64,000 bases of DNA from a virus. The notes beneath the pieces were generated by a model that was not told where the DNA came from, ran no database searches, and was given only the letters and a program-made list of their open reading frames with translations. This document shows, in pieces, positions 9,780 to 20,447 of the stretch. The stretch lies in the IMG/VR virus record IMGVR_UViG_3300045988_176106. One strand, 5' to 3'. The position numbers and the translations under genes are program-made. Every line of letters begins with the position of its first letter. Positions within the stretch are counted from its first letter, which is position 1.

Positions 9780-12700
9780 ATGTCAAGATTTACCTTTTCA
9801 ATAAATGGAATATTGGATATAGAACCAGTTTCTGTTGATAAAGTCAATAAATTTTATACAACACAAAATGAGTTCTTAAGGGACACATCTGTATTGACAT
9901 CTAAATCTCGATTTGCGGAGTCGCTACATTTAGCGACTTTCGCATTCGATTTGTCTAAAAGTGATAGTGTCGAAGAAATGTGTGACCTAATATCTATATG
10001 TAGGTCATTCCCATATATGTTCATAAGGTGTGAAGCTATGGGAACATCAGACTTAAGTATGCTAGGCTTAAGTATTGGTGATGGATACTTCATGTACGCA
10101 CTGCATGAATATGAAATTGAATTAGGTGCATCAGACAATATGCAAGGGATGGCTTTTGTATCTTTAAGATTACAAACTATCAACTGGAAACCTCTAGCAA
10201 AAACAATAAAATTCATATCTATAAATCAGCAATCTGAGTCAGAAAACAATTCTAAATCAATCTCCTCTAAATCTAAAAAATCCGGAAAATATAAAACAGA
10301 GTACGAGTTAAATCCTGGCGACTCTAACTTAATGAAAAAGTTAGTAGACTTTTACAGAAGGGATGTTGACAACTACAAAACACAAATAATAAATCAAGGT
10401 TACAATAGAGACTTTGACCTTTATCTTGGATACCCTATTGTATTTACAGATGCAGTTAAGTTGCATCGTGAATTACATGACTTATGTTGGGGAGAAGCAA
10501 GAACTTTTAGAATCCTTAAAAAAGTTGATTTGGCCGGAACAGATGCAAAAGATGGTCAACAAACAAATGCGAATATATCTGAAGTAAAATCTGATGAAGA
10601 AGTTAGATTTGATGAAACAGGTAGAATAAATGTAGGGTGGAAAAGAGAATTAATAGGCGGAACTAATTCTACAAAAAATAAAGATAATGTAGCAATACAA
10701 TCTATAAATATAAGAAGACGTAATAGATTTGCTAACCAAACAATACAGGATTTTAGTTATCCATATTGCCAATATCTTGGACACTCTCCTACAGAAATAA
10801 ATATATCAACAGTGACAAATCATGAAGAAGGAATGGATGCGGCATCTGCTGCAATGGCAATTGACCGCGTAGATGAATTTACAAAAAATATTAGAGTTAC
10901 ATATCCTGCATTAAAAGGTTTAGATGTTATAGCTATTGAAAATCCAATAGTTAATGCTATGGGTGTAAAATATGTAATAATAGATTCATCTCAGTCATCT
11001 ACAACTGGAAACATGAATAATATTATTACAAATAACTATTCATTTGTAGAGTCTGATTCTACAGACTTCTTGGAGAATAGTAAATTTGTAAAAGCTTCAA
11101 GTAAGGAAGCTTATAACGATATATTAGCTCAAGCAGAGACAATAAAAGATCTGCTAGCAATGGCCAATATAGAATCTAAAAAGGGTGCTAACACATCATC
11201 ATTAAAAGATGTGCTTGATAAGATAAACAAGCCTATAATAAAGGCTATTGATGAATATAAAGTTTATATAGATTCGGCAGTTAAAAAGGCTGATGATCCA
11301 ACAGCTGATATAGGCTTATTCCTTGAACCTATGCTTAGAAGCAAAAAGTATAAAAACATGACAGACACAGAAAAGTCTACAATGTTTATCAAGGAATACC
11401 TAAAAGCAATAAAAAGTCATTCGGCAACACAGTCTGAGGAAAGGGTTTTAAGAGAGCGTCTTAGAAGCTTTGAACAGGCAGTTACAAGAGCATATAAGGA
11501 TGCTCTTGGTAGCTCATTTAATAAATACACTATTGATGCATTATCTAAAGACCTAGAAAAAGAAAAAGAATACTATAAAACTCATAAAAGTAGTACATCT
11601 TTTTCTGGTGAAGCAATTCCAGATATGAAATATAAAGAAATATTTCATGATATGCCAAAAACAGAAGAGTATTCTTCATATAGAGATTTGCCATCATTGC
11701 CATTCGTGTATGACCAACAAATATTTGATGGCGAAAAGATAATGGCCAAATGGGAACAATCTTCTCCGCTTATAGATGAGATACTTGAAGATACAAATTC
11801 TATGGTGAATGGACCTGGAAGCAGCACTGACAGAACAAATAACTTCACAAAGGTCAACGCTGTTGCATCATCTGGAACTATAAATCCAGACGGAACTGTA
11901 TCTGCCGGCAGTGTAGATAGTGTAAATGGACAACTAGATGCTAAAACACTTAAAGGTGCACAATTAGGTGTACATGGTGCATCTGGAATATGGCTAAAAG
12001 ATTTATCATCAATAATGAAATATGTTCGTATATCGTCTCCTTTTGGTATGAGACGCGGAGGATTTCATCATGGCATAGACTTAGCTGGTCCAACAGGAAC
12101 TCCTATATATGCAGCAGCAGCAGGTAAGGTTACTGTAGCTTCCAATAGAGGAAGAGGTGGTAACTCTGTATATATTCAACATTCTGGGGGTATAACAACA
12201 TGGTACATGCACTTAAGTGCTTTTGCTGTTAAACCTGGACAACCTGTAATAGCTGGCCAACTAATAGGATTTTGTGGAAGCACTGGACATTCAACTGGCC
12301 CACATTTACATTATCAAGTAAATATAAACGGCAAGCCTGTAGATCCTGCCGCATTCCATAATTCAATAAATGGAGTAGCACGTCAAAGCAATCAACAAAA
12401 TATCACTCCTCCAGATTCAATCAAGAAGAAAAGTTGGTTAGAAAACCTTGGTGCATCAATTGCCGGAACCAATGGACAATCTGCAATAGGGTTAGGTATA
12501 ACTCCTGCAGGATCAGATAAGCAAAAAGCAAAAGATGGATTGGCATTGCCAAAAGAATCAGCAGCTATGCAATCTGCAGTCGCCAATGGATACCAACCAT
12601 TTACAGACTATAATTCTTATAATCTAGGTAAAAGCGGAGACCTTAAAGGTGTAGCAGCAGCATCTAGTGCTGGGTTTACAAGCCAAAAAGGTACATCACT

Positions 12701-15700
12701 TATAAATAGCACATTGCTTAGAGACTATGCAGGATCAATAGCAGCAATAGAGTCAAGGGGAAGATTAAATCCTACTGGAAATGAATCATATTTAGGTATG
12801 TATCAAATAGGTCTAGATGGACTTATGGATATAGGATGGATAAGAAAAACAGCTCCAAGACATAAATCATCGTTATACAATGATGCATATTGGACAATCC
12901 CAGGAGGATATAAAGCCTTTATATCTAGTAGAGAATTACAGGACCAAGCATTTGTATTATATACTCAGAAGAACATAGATTACTTGTCTGCTAAGCCTGG
13001 ATGGAATAAATTAACATTCCAGGATAAGGTATTGGCATTAGCTATGTCACATAATGGTGGACATAGCGCAGGATGGAAAGCGTTACAGGGCAAAGATAGT
13101 TATGATGGAAATCGTACATCTAGACAGCAATATGGTAGAGTCGCAATGTCTCTTTCAGCAGCTGTTGCAAAAGGTACTGCAGGTGTCGGCATGTTCAGTA
13201 GAGACGCTGCAGGGTATACATCAAATTATTATGACAATGTAGCTGTACAGCGTAATAATGAGTCAGTAGAATTTAATACCGATCCTACGCCTTGGGATCC
13301 TGAACTTCAAGGTAAGGCAAGAATTTCTAACATGGTAAAAGATTACACATGGGGGCTTGAGAAACTTATTCCAACATATAAGGTTTATCTTGTCCATGGT
13401 AATAATGAAAATACATTATTTAAACTTATAAATACCAGTGTGGAAGCAGTATATTATGAAATATCTACTGTAAGGAATATCCGTGTAGAAATGGCAAACC
13501 AAGATAATCCTGTTGCTGTTGCATACTTTGAAGTCCTAAACTCTTTAAATACATCAACAGATCCAACTACTGGTTATAATACTGCAGATAAACTTGGTAA
13601 TACTAAACTTGATATAACATCATTAGGAAGTGATTTTGCCAATGTAGTTGCTATGGATCAAATAAGACTTAAAGCAGGTAATAAAGTTCAAATAAGAATG
13701 GGTTATGGCAACAAAATAGATGACCTACCTGTAATCTTTAATGGTCTTATTACAGAGACAGATGGCGGAGACGTTGTAAGAGTTGTAGCAGAAGGATACG
13801 GAAGAGAACTTCAAAATGAGTTAATATTTGCCGGAGATGTATTGCCATTTACTACCTTTGCTAGTGATACTTCTGGTAGATATATTTCTGCAGCAATTGC
13901 AAGAATAGTTAAGAATGCTAGACTTCAACATTTTGGTGCAAACCCAAAAATTCTTGGAGAGGATGTAGATACAAACTCTACAGGAACTGCAGCTCAAGGA
14001 GTATCTGGACAAAGCGGATTCTCATTATCTAACTCACTATGGAATTCCGAATCAGGTGAATTCTTCTTCTACGATTTTAAAGGTCCAACTGATCATTTAG
14101 AAAACTTCTGGCTGATGAACGTTGATATGGTTGATAGATTCTTCGTTACAGAATGGAATGATTTATTTCCATTCTCTCTTAACGACTATTTTGTTAATTT
14201 CCCCGTTTTAAATAAAACAGTATGGGATGTCATAACAACAGGAAGAAGATTATTCCCTTCATCAGTATCTCTTGTTAAAAACATAGGTGCTAGATGCACA
14301 TTATTTACAGGAATAAAAGAACAGCTAATGGTAGGTTATGAAACTACACATTCTGTTGCATCAGAAGTATTTAGTAATATAAATGGCGGACTACTAGATA
14401 AAGAAGAGCAACATGCTCAAGAGGTTGAAGAGGTAGCAAATGCTACAAATATAAAAGGTAGTTTGGGCATCCCTGTAAATACAACCAATGGTATAAAGAA
14501 AAGACAAAAAGAAACAACAGCTAAATTTGAGGTGCTAAGAGATAATCCTGGACAAGTTGCAGATGCTGTAAGTTCTGTCATGGATTCAAGAACTATAGAC
14601 CCAACTGCATGGGTTCCTGCTACAAACTTCCATATGTTTAGTAGTGCTACTAATATAATTAGTAATCAGCTTAGATTAAATCAGGATATTATTACACAGG
14701 CAAATGTCGAGTATGGTTCAGACCCAGGAGACTTTGGAACTGGTAAAAACAAAATGTTCGATATGAAAAGTAATGGTGGATTAATGCCAGCATTCGTTAA
14801 ATCATCTTATCTAAGTGATAGCACATTAAATACAGAAGGTATGGCTATAAAAACTGGACAAGGATATCTTCTTGAAGAGTTAGAAAAAATGTATACCGGA
14901 AGTGTAATAATATCTGGAAATCCAGATGTTGCTCCAGGAGATTATGCTTATATATCTGACTCATTAAGACAGATGAGTGGTGTAATGAAGTGTAGGGAAG
15001 TTCAACATATCTTGACTGAAGACGACGGATATATTACAATAATTACACCAGGAATGTTTGTTGAACCTGCAACACATTTATATTCTTCACTGTATATCAA
15101 GCTAGGAATGTTCTATTCTATGTTAGCTCAAGGTCAGAGAGAATATGCTCTTGTATCTGTAAACTCATCACCAACTGGTGAGATGTACAGCAAGTTATCA
15201 ATAGCTCCTACTAATATAGGCTTTTGGAGTGTTGGATGGGCTACGGCAGGATCATTAGCATCAGTAGCTGCATCTGGAATGTTGCTTAAAACAGCCGCAA
15301 CTCGTATATCTGCTGCATTATGGGGTCCGATAACAGGTCATATAGCATCTGGATGGGCACGATTTAGTAAGGTAAACTTCATAGTAAGAGGTTTATCATC
15401 TATGAAAGGTGCATTAGGTGGAGTATGGGCAAGAATCGTAACAGCAGGAAGAACTATAAGTACAGCAATAAATGCTGTGAGAACTGTTGGAATTGTATCT
15501 AGTATAGGTTCGGGTGGACTTATAATGGCAGCTGGTATAACAATAATTGTAGCAGCAGTAGTTATAGCTGTATGGGGTATTCTTAAAAATGTTTGGGAAG
15601 CAAACAAGGAAAGAATAACCATGAGACATAGAGCGTTAATGAAAATGCCATTAACTGTATATGGTCAAGAATATACAGCTGGTCTATTAGGATGGAATGA

Positions 15701-15836
15701 TGAATTAAGTCCTATAGAACTTCAGGTTAGAAACCTTAAAACCACATGGGAGAATTTAGCTAAAGTGTGGGGAGCTACAAAAGATACAAGTGCATCAACA
15801 AAAGCCAGAATATTATATTCAATAGCGACTGACTAA
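9780..15836 (+). CDS. giant multidomain tail/baseplate-hub-like protein with M23 peptidase and lysozyme-like domains, 2018 aa
   Basis: 2018-aa ORF. Contains GFHHGIDLAG...GSTGHSTGPHLHYQV (M23/LytM HxxxD and HxH signatures) and AAIESRG...YLGMYQIG (lytic-transglycosylase-like E-S...GxxQ pattern). C-terminal hydrophobic helices (GLIMAAGITIIVAAVVIAVWGIL). Directly precedes the baseplate genes. Confidence 0.7.
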   Translation: MSRFTFSINGILDIEPVSVDKVNKFYTTQNEFLRDTSVLTSKSRFAESLHLATFAFDLSKSDSVEEMCDLISICRSFPYMFIRCEAMGTSDLSMLGLSIGDGYFMYALHEYEIELGASDNMQGMAFVSLRLQTINWKPLAKTIKFISINQQSESENNSKSISSKSKKSGKYKTEYELNPGDSNLMKKLVDFYRRDVDNYKTQIINQGYNRDFDLYLGYPIVFTDAVKLHRELHDLCWGEARTFRILKKVDLAGTDAKDGQQTNANISEVKSDEEVRFDETGRINVGWKRELIGGTNSTKNKDNVAIQSINIRRRNRFANQTIQDFSYPYCQYLGHSPTEINISTVTNHEEGMDAASAAMAIDRVDEFTKNIRVTYPALKGLDVIAIENPIVNAMGVKYVIIDSSQSSTTGNMNNIITNNYSFVESDSTDFLENSKFVKASSKEAYNDILAQAETIKDLLAMANIESKKGANTSSLKDVLDKINKPIIKAIDEYKVYIDSAVKKADDPTADIGLFLEPMLRSKKYKNMTDTEKSTMFIKEYLKAIKSHSATQSEERVLRERLRSFEQAVTRAYKDALGSSFNKYTIDALSKDLEKEKEYYKTHKSSTSFSGEAIPDMKYKEIFHDMPKTEEYSSYRDLPSLPFVYDQQIFDGEKIMAKWEQSSPLIDEILEDTNSMVNGPGSSTDRTNNFTKVNAVASSGTINPDGTVSAGSVDSVNGQLDAKTLKGAQLGVHGASGIWLKDLSSIMKYVRISSPFGMRRGGFHHGIDLAGPTGTPIYAAAAGKVTVASNRGRGGNSVYIQHSGGITTWYMHLSAFAVKPGQPVIAGQLIGFCGSTGHSTGPHLHYQVNINGKPVDPAAFHNSINGVARQSNQQNITPPDSIKKKSWLENLGASIAGTNGQSAIGLGITPAGSDKQKAKDGLALPKESAAMQSAVANGYQPFTDYNSYNLGKSGDLKGVAAASSAGFTSQKGTSLINSTLLRDYAGSIAAIESRGRLNPTGNESYLGMYQIGLDGLMDIGWIRKTAPRHKSSLYNDAYWTIPGGYKAFISSRELQDQAFVLYTQKNIDYLSAKPGWNKLTFQDKVLALAMSHNGGHSAGWKALQGKDSYDGNRTSRQQYGRVAMSLSAAVAKGTAGVGMFSRDAAGYTSNYYDNVAVQRNNESVEFNTDPTPWDPELQGKARISNMVKDYTWGLEKLIPTYKVYLVHGNNENTLFKLINTSVEAVYYEISTVRNIRVEMANQDNPVAVAYFEVLNSLNTSTDPTTGYNTADKLGNTKLDITSLGSDFANVVAMDQIRLKAGNKVQIRMGYGNKIDDLPVIFNGLITETDGGDVVRVVAEGYGRELQNELIFAGDVLPFTTFASDTSGRYISAAIARIVKNARLQHFGANPKILGEDVDTNSTGTAAQGVSGQSGFSLSNSLWNSESGEFFFYDFKGPTDHLENFWLMNVDMVDRFFVTEWNDLFPFSLNDYFVNFPVLNKTVWDVITTGRRLFPSSVSLVKNIGARCTLFTGIKEQLMVGYETTHSVASEVFSNINGGLLDKEEQHAQEVEEVANATNIKGSLGIPVNTTNGIKKRQKETTAKFEVLRDNPGQVADAVSSVMDSRTIDPTAWVPATNFHMFSSATNIISNQLRLNQDIITQANVEYGSDPGDFGTGKNKMFDMKSNGGLMPAFVKSSYLSDSTLNTEGMAIKTGQGYLLEELEKMYTGSVIISGNPDVAPGDYAYISDSLRQMSGVMKCREVQHILTEDDGYITIITPGMFVEPATHLYSSLYIKLGMFYSMLAQGQREYALVSVNSSPTGEMYSKLSIAPTNIGFWSVGWATAGSLASVAASGMLLKTAATRISAALWGPITGHIASGWARFSKVNFIVRGLSSMKGALGGVWARIVTAGRTISTAINAVRTVGIVSSIGSGGLIMAAGITIIVAAVVIAVWGILKNVWEANKERITMRHRALMKMPLTVYGQEYTAGLLGWNDELSPIELQVRNLKTTWENLAKVWGATKDTSASTKARILYSIATD
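12030..12350 (+). other. M23 (LytM-type) metallopeptidase domain inside 9780..15836
   Basis: Motifs FHHGIDL, YMHLS and GPHLHYQV, read directly from the translation. Confidence 0.8.
12700..13110 (+). other. lysozyme-like / lytic transglycosylase-like domain inside 9780..15836
   Basis: IAAIESRGRLNPTGNESYLGMYQIGLDGL fits the catalytic-Glu plus GLMQ-like pattern of SLT-type domains. Domain boundaries are approximate. Confidence 0.5.
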
Positions 15837-15837
15837 T

Positions 15838-16506
15838 ATGAGTAATACATTAGCTTCAATGGCATACTCAGAGATCGGAGAGATACAATCAGTATCTCTC
15901 CAAGGATCTCAAATATTTGTTGTTGTAAGATTAGTTGGAGAGACTCTATCAGACATGATGGGTAATCCTGTGCAGTGCGGACAATACCTTGTTGGTATAC
16001 CTAAGGGCGCACCAGAGCATACTGCTACAATGGCTGAACTTTTAATACCAATAAATATTACGTATGCTACACAAATATCAGACCCTAAATTTCTTATAGG
16101 GGCGAGAGTTCAAGTATTCTTCACAAAAGAAGGATTTCCTACTGGCTGTATATTAATGGCAAATTCAGATTCAAGAATTATATCTAGAAGAGCCATGTTT
16201 GATTACAGACTTTCAAACAAAGACAAGATATTCGATTCAAAATTAAAAGACAAATTAAAGAATCGCGGTATTCTTGAAAATTTCACAAAACTATCAAATG
16301 AAGTATATGACACAACATTCCATAAAGGATTCGTAGGTACATACGGCGAATCTCAAAATATGTTTATAGCAACAGCATCAGATATGGAGGATATAGTAAA
16401 CTTTGAAGAAAAAGTTGATCCAAATGTTGTAAGAACTGATAGTTATAAAACAATAAGAACAAAAGAATGTTATATGCCAACAACTGTTTTTACAGGTAAA
16501 ACATAA
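15838..16506 (+). CDS. baseplate-proximal structural protein (hypothetical)
   Basis: 222-aa ORF, start 1 nt after the previous stop. Located between the hub-like giant protein and the gp25-like gene. Confidence 0.6.
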   Translation: MSNTLASMAYSEIGEIQSVSLQGSQIFVVVRLVGETLSDMMGNPVQCGQYLVGIPKGAPEHTATMAELLIPINITYATQISDPKFLIGARVQVFFTKEGFPTGCILMANSDSRIISRRAMFDYRLSNKDKIFDSKLKDKLKNRGILENFTKLSNEVYDTTFHKGFVGTYGESQNMFIATASDMEDIVNFEEKVDPNVVRTDSYKTIRTKECYMPTTVFTGKT

Positions 16507-16826
16507 TGTTAATAAGACCATCTCCAGACAGTACAACACTAATAGATATAAGAGAAGATGTTACATCTATGTCATCTGGTAGTATGTCTATATCTACACA
16601 CAAAGATTATGGAGTTTTTGTAAACGGGCCAATGTCTGTATCATCACCACCAACATCAGTAGTGTTTGGAGGATTCTATAAATTTAATCCTGTTGCAGTG
16701 TCAGGTATTCCATCAACAATGATTACACCTGTGCCAACATTTGAGATAACAGTTCCTACTAAAAATGTAGGCATACAGTCAGCAATAAATGGTGTAGTTT
16801 TAAGTACAGTTACAGGATTATTCTAA
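16506..16826 (+). CDS. small baseplate-region protein (hypothetical)
   Basis: 106-aa ORF with a TAATG-type stop/start overlap on both sides. Confidence 0.6.
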   Translation: MLIRPSPDSTTLIDIREDVTSMSSGSMSISTHKDYGVFVNGPMSVSSPPTSVVFGGFYKFNPVAVSGIPSTMITPVPTFEITVPTKNVGIQSAINGVVLSTVTGLF

Positions 16827-17245
16827 TGTTAATAGAAGAAATAAATAAAGATATTATAACCGATGACTATGGTGACGTTATAATGCATAACGGAGACATA
16901 TATACATCATCTAATCAAAATCTTATTGCGCTGACAAATGCCAGACACAGATTAATGTCTGGATCATCAGATATGTACCTGTACAATATTTATGGTGCAA
17001 ATCTTCACAAATTTATAGGAAGACCGGTAACTGATTCTTTAGCTAGAGAAATTGTTAATAGTATTAAAAATTCTTTTACAGAAGATAAATTCTTTTCTGG
17101 CGATAACTTCCAAATAAACTATGTACTTGATGGACAAAAAATATTATTTAAGATTGCAGTAGGAACAGATTATCAATTTACAAGAAATAAACAATCAGAG
17201 GTGAATATAGTATTTTCACCTGTAACCGGAGTTTCTTATGTATGA
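16826..17245 (+). CDS. baseplate wedge protein, gp25/W/XkdS-like
   Basis: 139 aa. Size, position immediately upstream of a baseplate-J-like gene, and the pattern ...RHRLMSGSSDMYLYNIYGANLHKFIGRP...IVNSIKNSF... fit the gp25/W family loosely. Confidence 0.5.
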   Translation: MLIEEINKDIITDDYGDVIMHNGDIYTSSNQNLIALTNARHRLMSGSSDMYLYNIYGANLHKFIGRPVTDSLAREIVNSIKNSFTEDKFFSGDNFQINYVLDGQKILFKIAVGTDYQFTRNKQSEVNIVFSPVTGVSYV

Positions 17246-18392
17246 TCAATTAACTAATAAAGAGTTAATGACTCAAGAAATATCTGCGCGAATTAGTGAG
17301 AATACCGGTATTAACAATACCTCTAAATCCACTGTAGTAAGACATATTACAGACGCAATAACAGATACAGCAGTAAATCTTGTTGCATATTCCAATGCGG
17401 CAATAAATTCTACACATACACAATATGCTTCTGGTGATCTATTGACAAAGAATGCATATGAATTTGGTGTAGTAAGGAATATATACTCTGATGTATACAT
17501 TTCTAAAGATGATGCAATAGTTAATTTAGTAATGAGTGATGGATCAAAATTCCCTAAATATATGGATGGGAAAATAATAATAGAAGCTGGTAAAGTCTTC
17601 TTATTTGGTAGTGGTACATCAATAGAGGTTACTGAAAATGTATATGCATCTCATAATGAAACATCTATACCTATTCCAGCAAGAATAACTACATCCGATT
17701 CAACCGATATAAAGACCGGAACAAAAATAGATATATCAGATGATTCTAATCCAGTAACGATTGGTACATCTATATCTATAGACAGTAGTGTTTATACAAA
17801 TCTTTCTGAAGAGTCAGATGATAGTCTTAGAAGAAGAACAGTGTATTCTAAGATGCGAGTACACGGATCATCAGATTATTCTATAAGAGGAATATTATCA
17901 GGTATACCTACTGTTAGGTCTAGCAAAATAGTAAGAAAGCCTAATGATAGTAAAACATATATCTATATAACAACAGATAATTATCTTAAAAACTTTATAG
18001 ATGAGAATTATTCATTTATAAAATCTAAGATAGTGTCTGAGATGGATTACTTATCATCATCTGAACAGTCATTTGATGTGTTGATGCCAGAGGTATTATT
18101 ATTAGACGTATATTTTAAATATAAGAATACAACATCAAATATGGCAATGTCGGCCATTAATGAGTCTTTTAATTCTATATACACTCCTCTAATAACAGGT
18201 AATATAAATTTTGAAGATCTAGTTAAAGAAGTTAATACATACGGATTAGATATAACAATAGAGCATATTATAATACGGTCAGATATATATGGCACAATTG
18301 CAGATATATCATCTGGAGATTTTGCTGTACCAGATACAGCAATATGTGCATTAAGTCAGGCTACATCTATAGGTTTAGAAGAATCGGAATAA
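17238..18392 (+). CDS. baseplate J-like protein
   Basis: 384 aa. The N-terminal region (ITDAITDTAVNLVAYSNAAINST...ASGDLLTKNAYEFGVVRN) matches the general baseplate-J/gp6 pattern. Follows the gp25-like gene with an 8-nt overlap. Confidence 0.55.
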   Translation: MYDQLTNKELMTQEISARISENTGINNTSKSTVVRHITDAITDTAVNLVAYSNAAINSTHTQYASGDLLTKNAYEFGVVRNIYSDVYISKDDAIVNLVMSDGSKFPKYMDGKIIIEAGKVFLFGSGTSIEVTENVYASHNETSIPIPARITTSDSTDIKTGTKIDISDDSNPVTIGTSISIDSSVYTNLSEESDDSLRRRTVYSKMRVHGSSDYSIRGILSGIPTVRSSKIVRKPNDSKTYIYITTDNYLKNFIDENYSFIKSKIVSEMDYLSSSEQSFDVLMPEVLLLDVYFKYKNTTSNMAMSAINESFNSIYTPLITGNINFEDLVKEVNTYGLDITIEHIIIRSDIYGTIADISSGDFAVPDTAICALSQATSIGLEESE

Positions 18393-18393
18393 T

Positions 18394-19824
18394 ATGATCA
18401 AGCAAAATAACTCAATAAATATATTGACTAAATACTTTGCTCAATGGTCTGCACCATTCAATAATAATTTCTCTAATATATCAAAGTTACTATTACCATA
18501 TTCTGATATAGTAAATTCAAATATAGACAAGGTTGTAAACCTTGTCTTACAAAGATATAGAAATAATGATTTAGAGTGCTATAATAATATTTATAGACTT
18601 CCATCATTTGGCAAATATAAGTCAATAAAAGCTGAAACACACAGAATAAAACATTTAGACGGCAGAGTTGAATTAATCGGTAAAAGAGATATAGATTATG
18701 CCGGATCGTTCACATCAAATTTCTTTACACAATTCCCAATAACAGGATTCGAGTTAACAGAAATACCATTATCATTAAATAAAAATTATTTTAATGAAGA
18801 GTTATTTCCTGGTACAAAAATATTTGATAAAAAGTTATCAACAGACTGCACATTGTATATATCTCCGGTAGGACAAAATCAATCAGTATTTAATGTTGTA
18901 ATAATGGGATCTGACTCTAAAGGCGAGACCATAATAGAGACATTAAAGATTAATAAAGAATCCTCTTCAGAAACGTTCTATAAGTACAGTTATATCTATA
19001 AAATAGAAACACCAAATAGCATCACAATATCAGACAGACTAGATTTATCAAAATACCATTCTATTGATTCCGATGTAATACCACCAAAAAGAATAACAAA
19101 TAAGTATGGAGACTTTATATCTCCTTATTTAGAATACAATGATTCATCAATAATAATATATGATCAAACCGGTATAGTTAGAAGTGAAGAAATAAGGTTT
19201 GACACAGAATCAAATCTTAAATCAATATATTTAACTAACTCTTCTGATATAATTTCACTAGATGAGGCTGGATGGATTAATACATATAAACCATATCCTA
19301 TGTATGACCTTATAAATGCTAATGGCAGTTTAAACAATAATCCGTTTATATTTGTAGAAGAAGAAGAGAGTAAAATTGGATATAATGTAAGATGCAGAAT
19401 TTTTGCTCACGATATAGCAAAAAGATATAGAAGCGATAAAATTAAAATAACATTATATAATGGCGACGATGTATTTTATCTAAATAAATTTGGACAATTA
19501 TCAAATGATGAAAATACATGGATAAGCTCTGTATCATCTGCAGATATAATAAATTTATCCGTTCAATGCACAAACACTATGCCATATATCTTCTCGGTTA
19601 CAACACTGGATAATAAAGTGTTTTACGCTGCATCATATCAGGACGCATCCAATAATATGATGTTGATGGGCGGTATAACAAACATGTTTGTATTCAATAG
19701 AGAATTATGCTTTGAAATTGATAATAAGTTTTATACTGCTAAGCCAATAAGACATATATGGATGCAATATGATGATAATGAGATAGTTTTAGATTCAGAT
19801 TATAAGAGTATAGAGTTGACATGA
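18394..19824 (+). CDS. baseplate/tail-fibre-associated structural protein (hypothetical)
   Basis: 476-aa ORF, tightly coupled, N/I/K/Y-rich. Confidence 0.65.
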   Translation: MIKQNNSINILTKYFAQWSAPFNNNFSNISKLLLPYSDIVNSNIDKVVNLVLQRYRNNDLECYNNIYRLPSFGKYKSIKAETHRIKHLDGRVELIGKRDIDYAGSFTSNFFTQFPITGFELTEIPLSLNKNYFNEELFPGTKIFDKKLSTDCTLYISPVGQNQSVFNVVIMGSDSKGETIIETLKINKESSSETFYKYSYIYKIETPNSITISDRLDLSKYHSIDSDVIPPKRITNKYGDFISPYLEYNDSSIIIYDQTGIVRSEEIRFDTESNLKSIYLTNSSDIISLDEAGWINTYKPYPMYDLINANGSLNNNPFIFVEEEESKIGYNVRCRIFAHDIAKRYRSDKIKITLYNGDDVFYLNKFGQLSNDENTWISSVSSADIINLSVQCTNTMPYIFSVTTLDNKVFYAASYQDASNNMMLMGGITNMFVFNRELCFEIDNKFYTAKPIRHIWMQYDDNEIVLDSDYKSIELT

Positions 19825-20447
19825 TTAAACTTAGGGAATATAACATAAACCCATTTAAAAGAAGCGAGAGATATACTTCTTATAGTGATAATATAGGAGA
19901 AAAGTATCCAGCACTGTTAATAGAAAACTTTGCAGGATACATCTCTGTATATGATGGGGAGATAATTGTAGACGGAGAAAGTTTTCAATTATCTAATAAG
20001 AAAATAGGCGATGTATATAAACATTTGAAAGAGAAAGGCATTAGCGTAAAAGTTTATAAAGGTATGGAACATATACCAGCTATAATGCTGATAAATTCAT
20101 CAAATATAGATATAGTAACATCAACTATAGACAGGTCTCCTTTTGACATATATTTAAATAAATCAAAAAATCTTATCTCGATGATTCCATACTCTTATAA
20201 AGATGACGTTAAGATAGAACCAATTGATAATCATACAATTATAAATGGGAAAATAATAACAGACTCATCAAGGAATGGTGATGATATAAGTTTTAGGCAT
20301 CATGCTAAAAACTTTATTTTAAATATGTCAGATATAAATATAATAAGAGATATAGATTCTATATACAGTATCCCTCAAGTAAAGCAGTCTGTTATAGACT
20401 GGAACAGAATGGTAAAAGGTGAATCAAATGCCAACTATACAATATAA
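19821..20447 (+). CDS. structural-module protein (hypothetical)
   Basis: 208-aa ORF with an ATGA overlap to the upstream gene. Confidence 0.65.
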   Translation: MIKLREYNINPFKRSERYTSYSDNIGEKYPALLIENFAGYISVYDGEIIVDGESFQLSNKKIGDVYKHLKEKGISVKVYKGMEHIPAIMLINSSNIDIVTSTIDRSPFDIYLNKSKNLISMIPYSYKDDVKIEPIDNHTIINGKIITDSSRNGDDISFRHHAKNFILNMSDINIIRDIDSIYSIPQVKQSVIDWNRMVKGESNANYTI

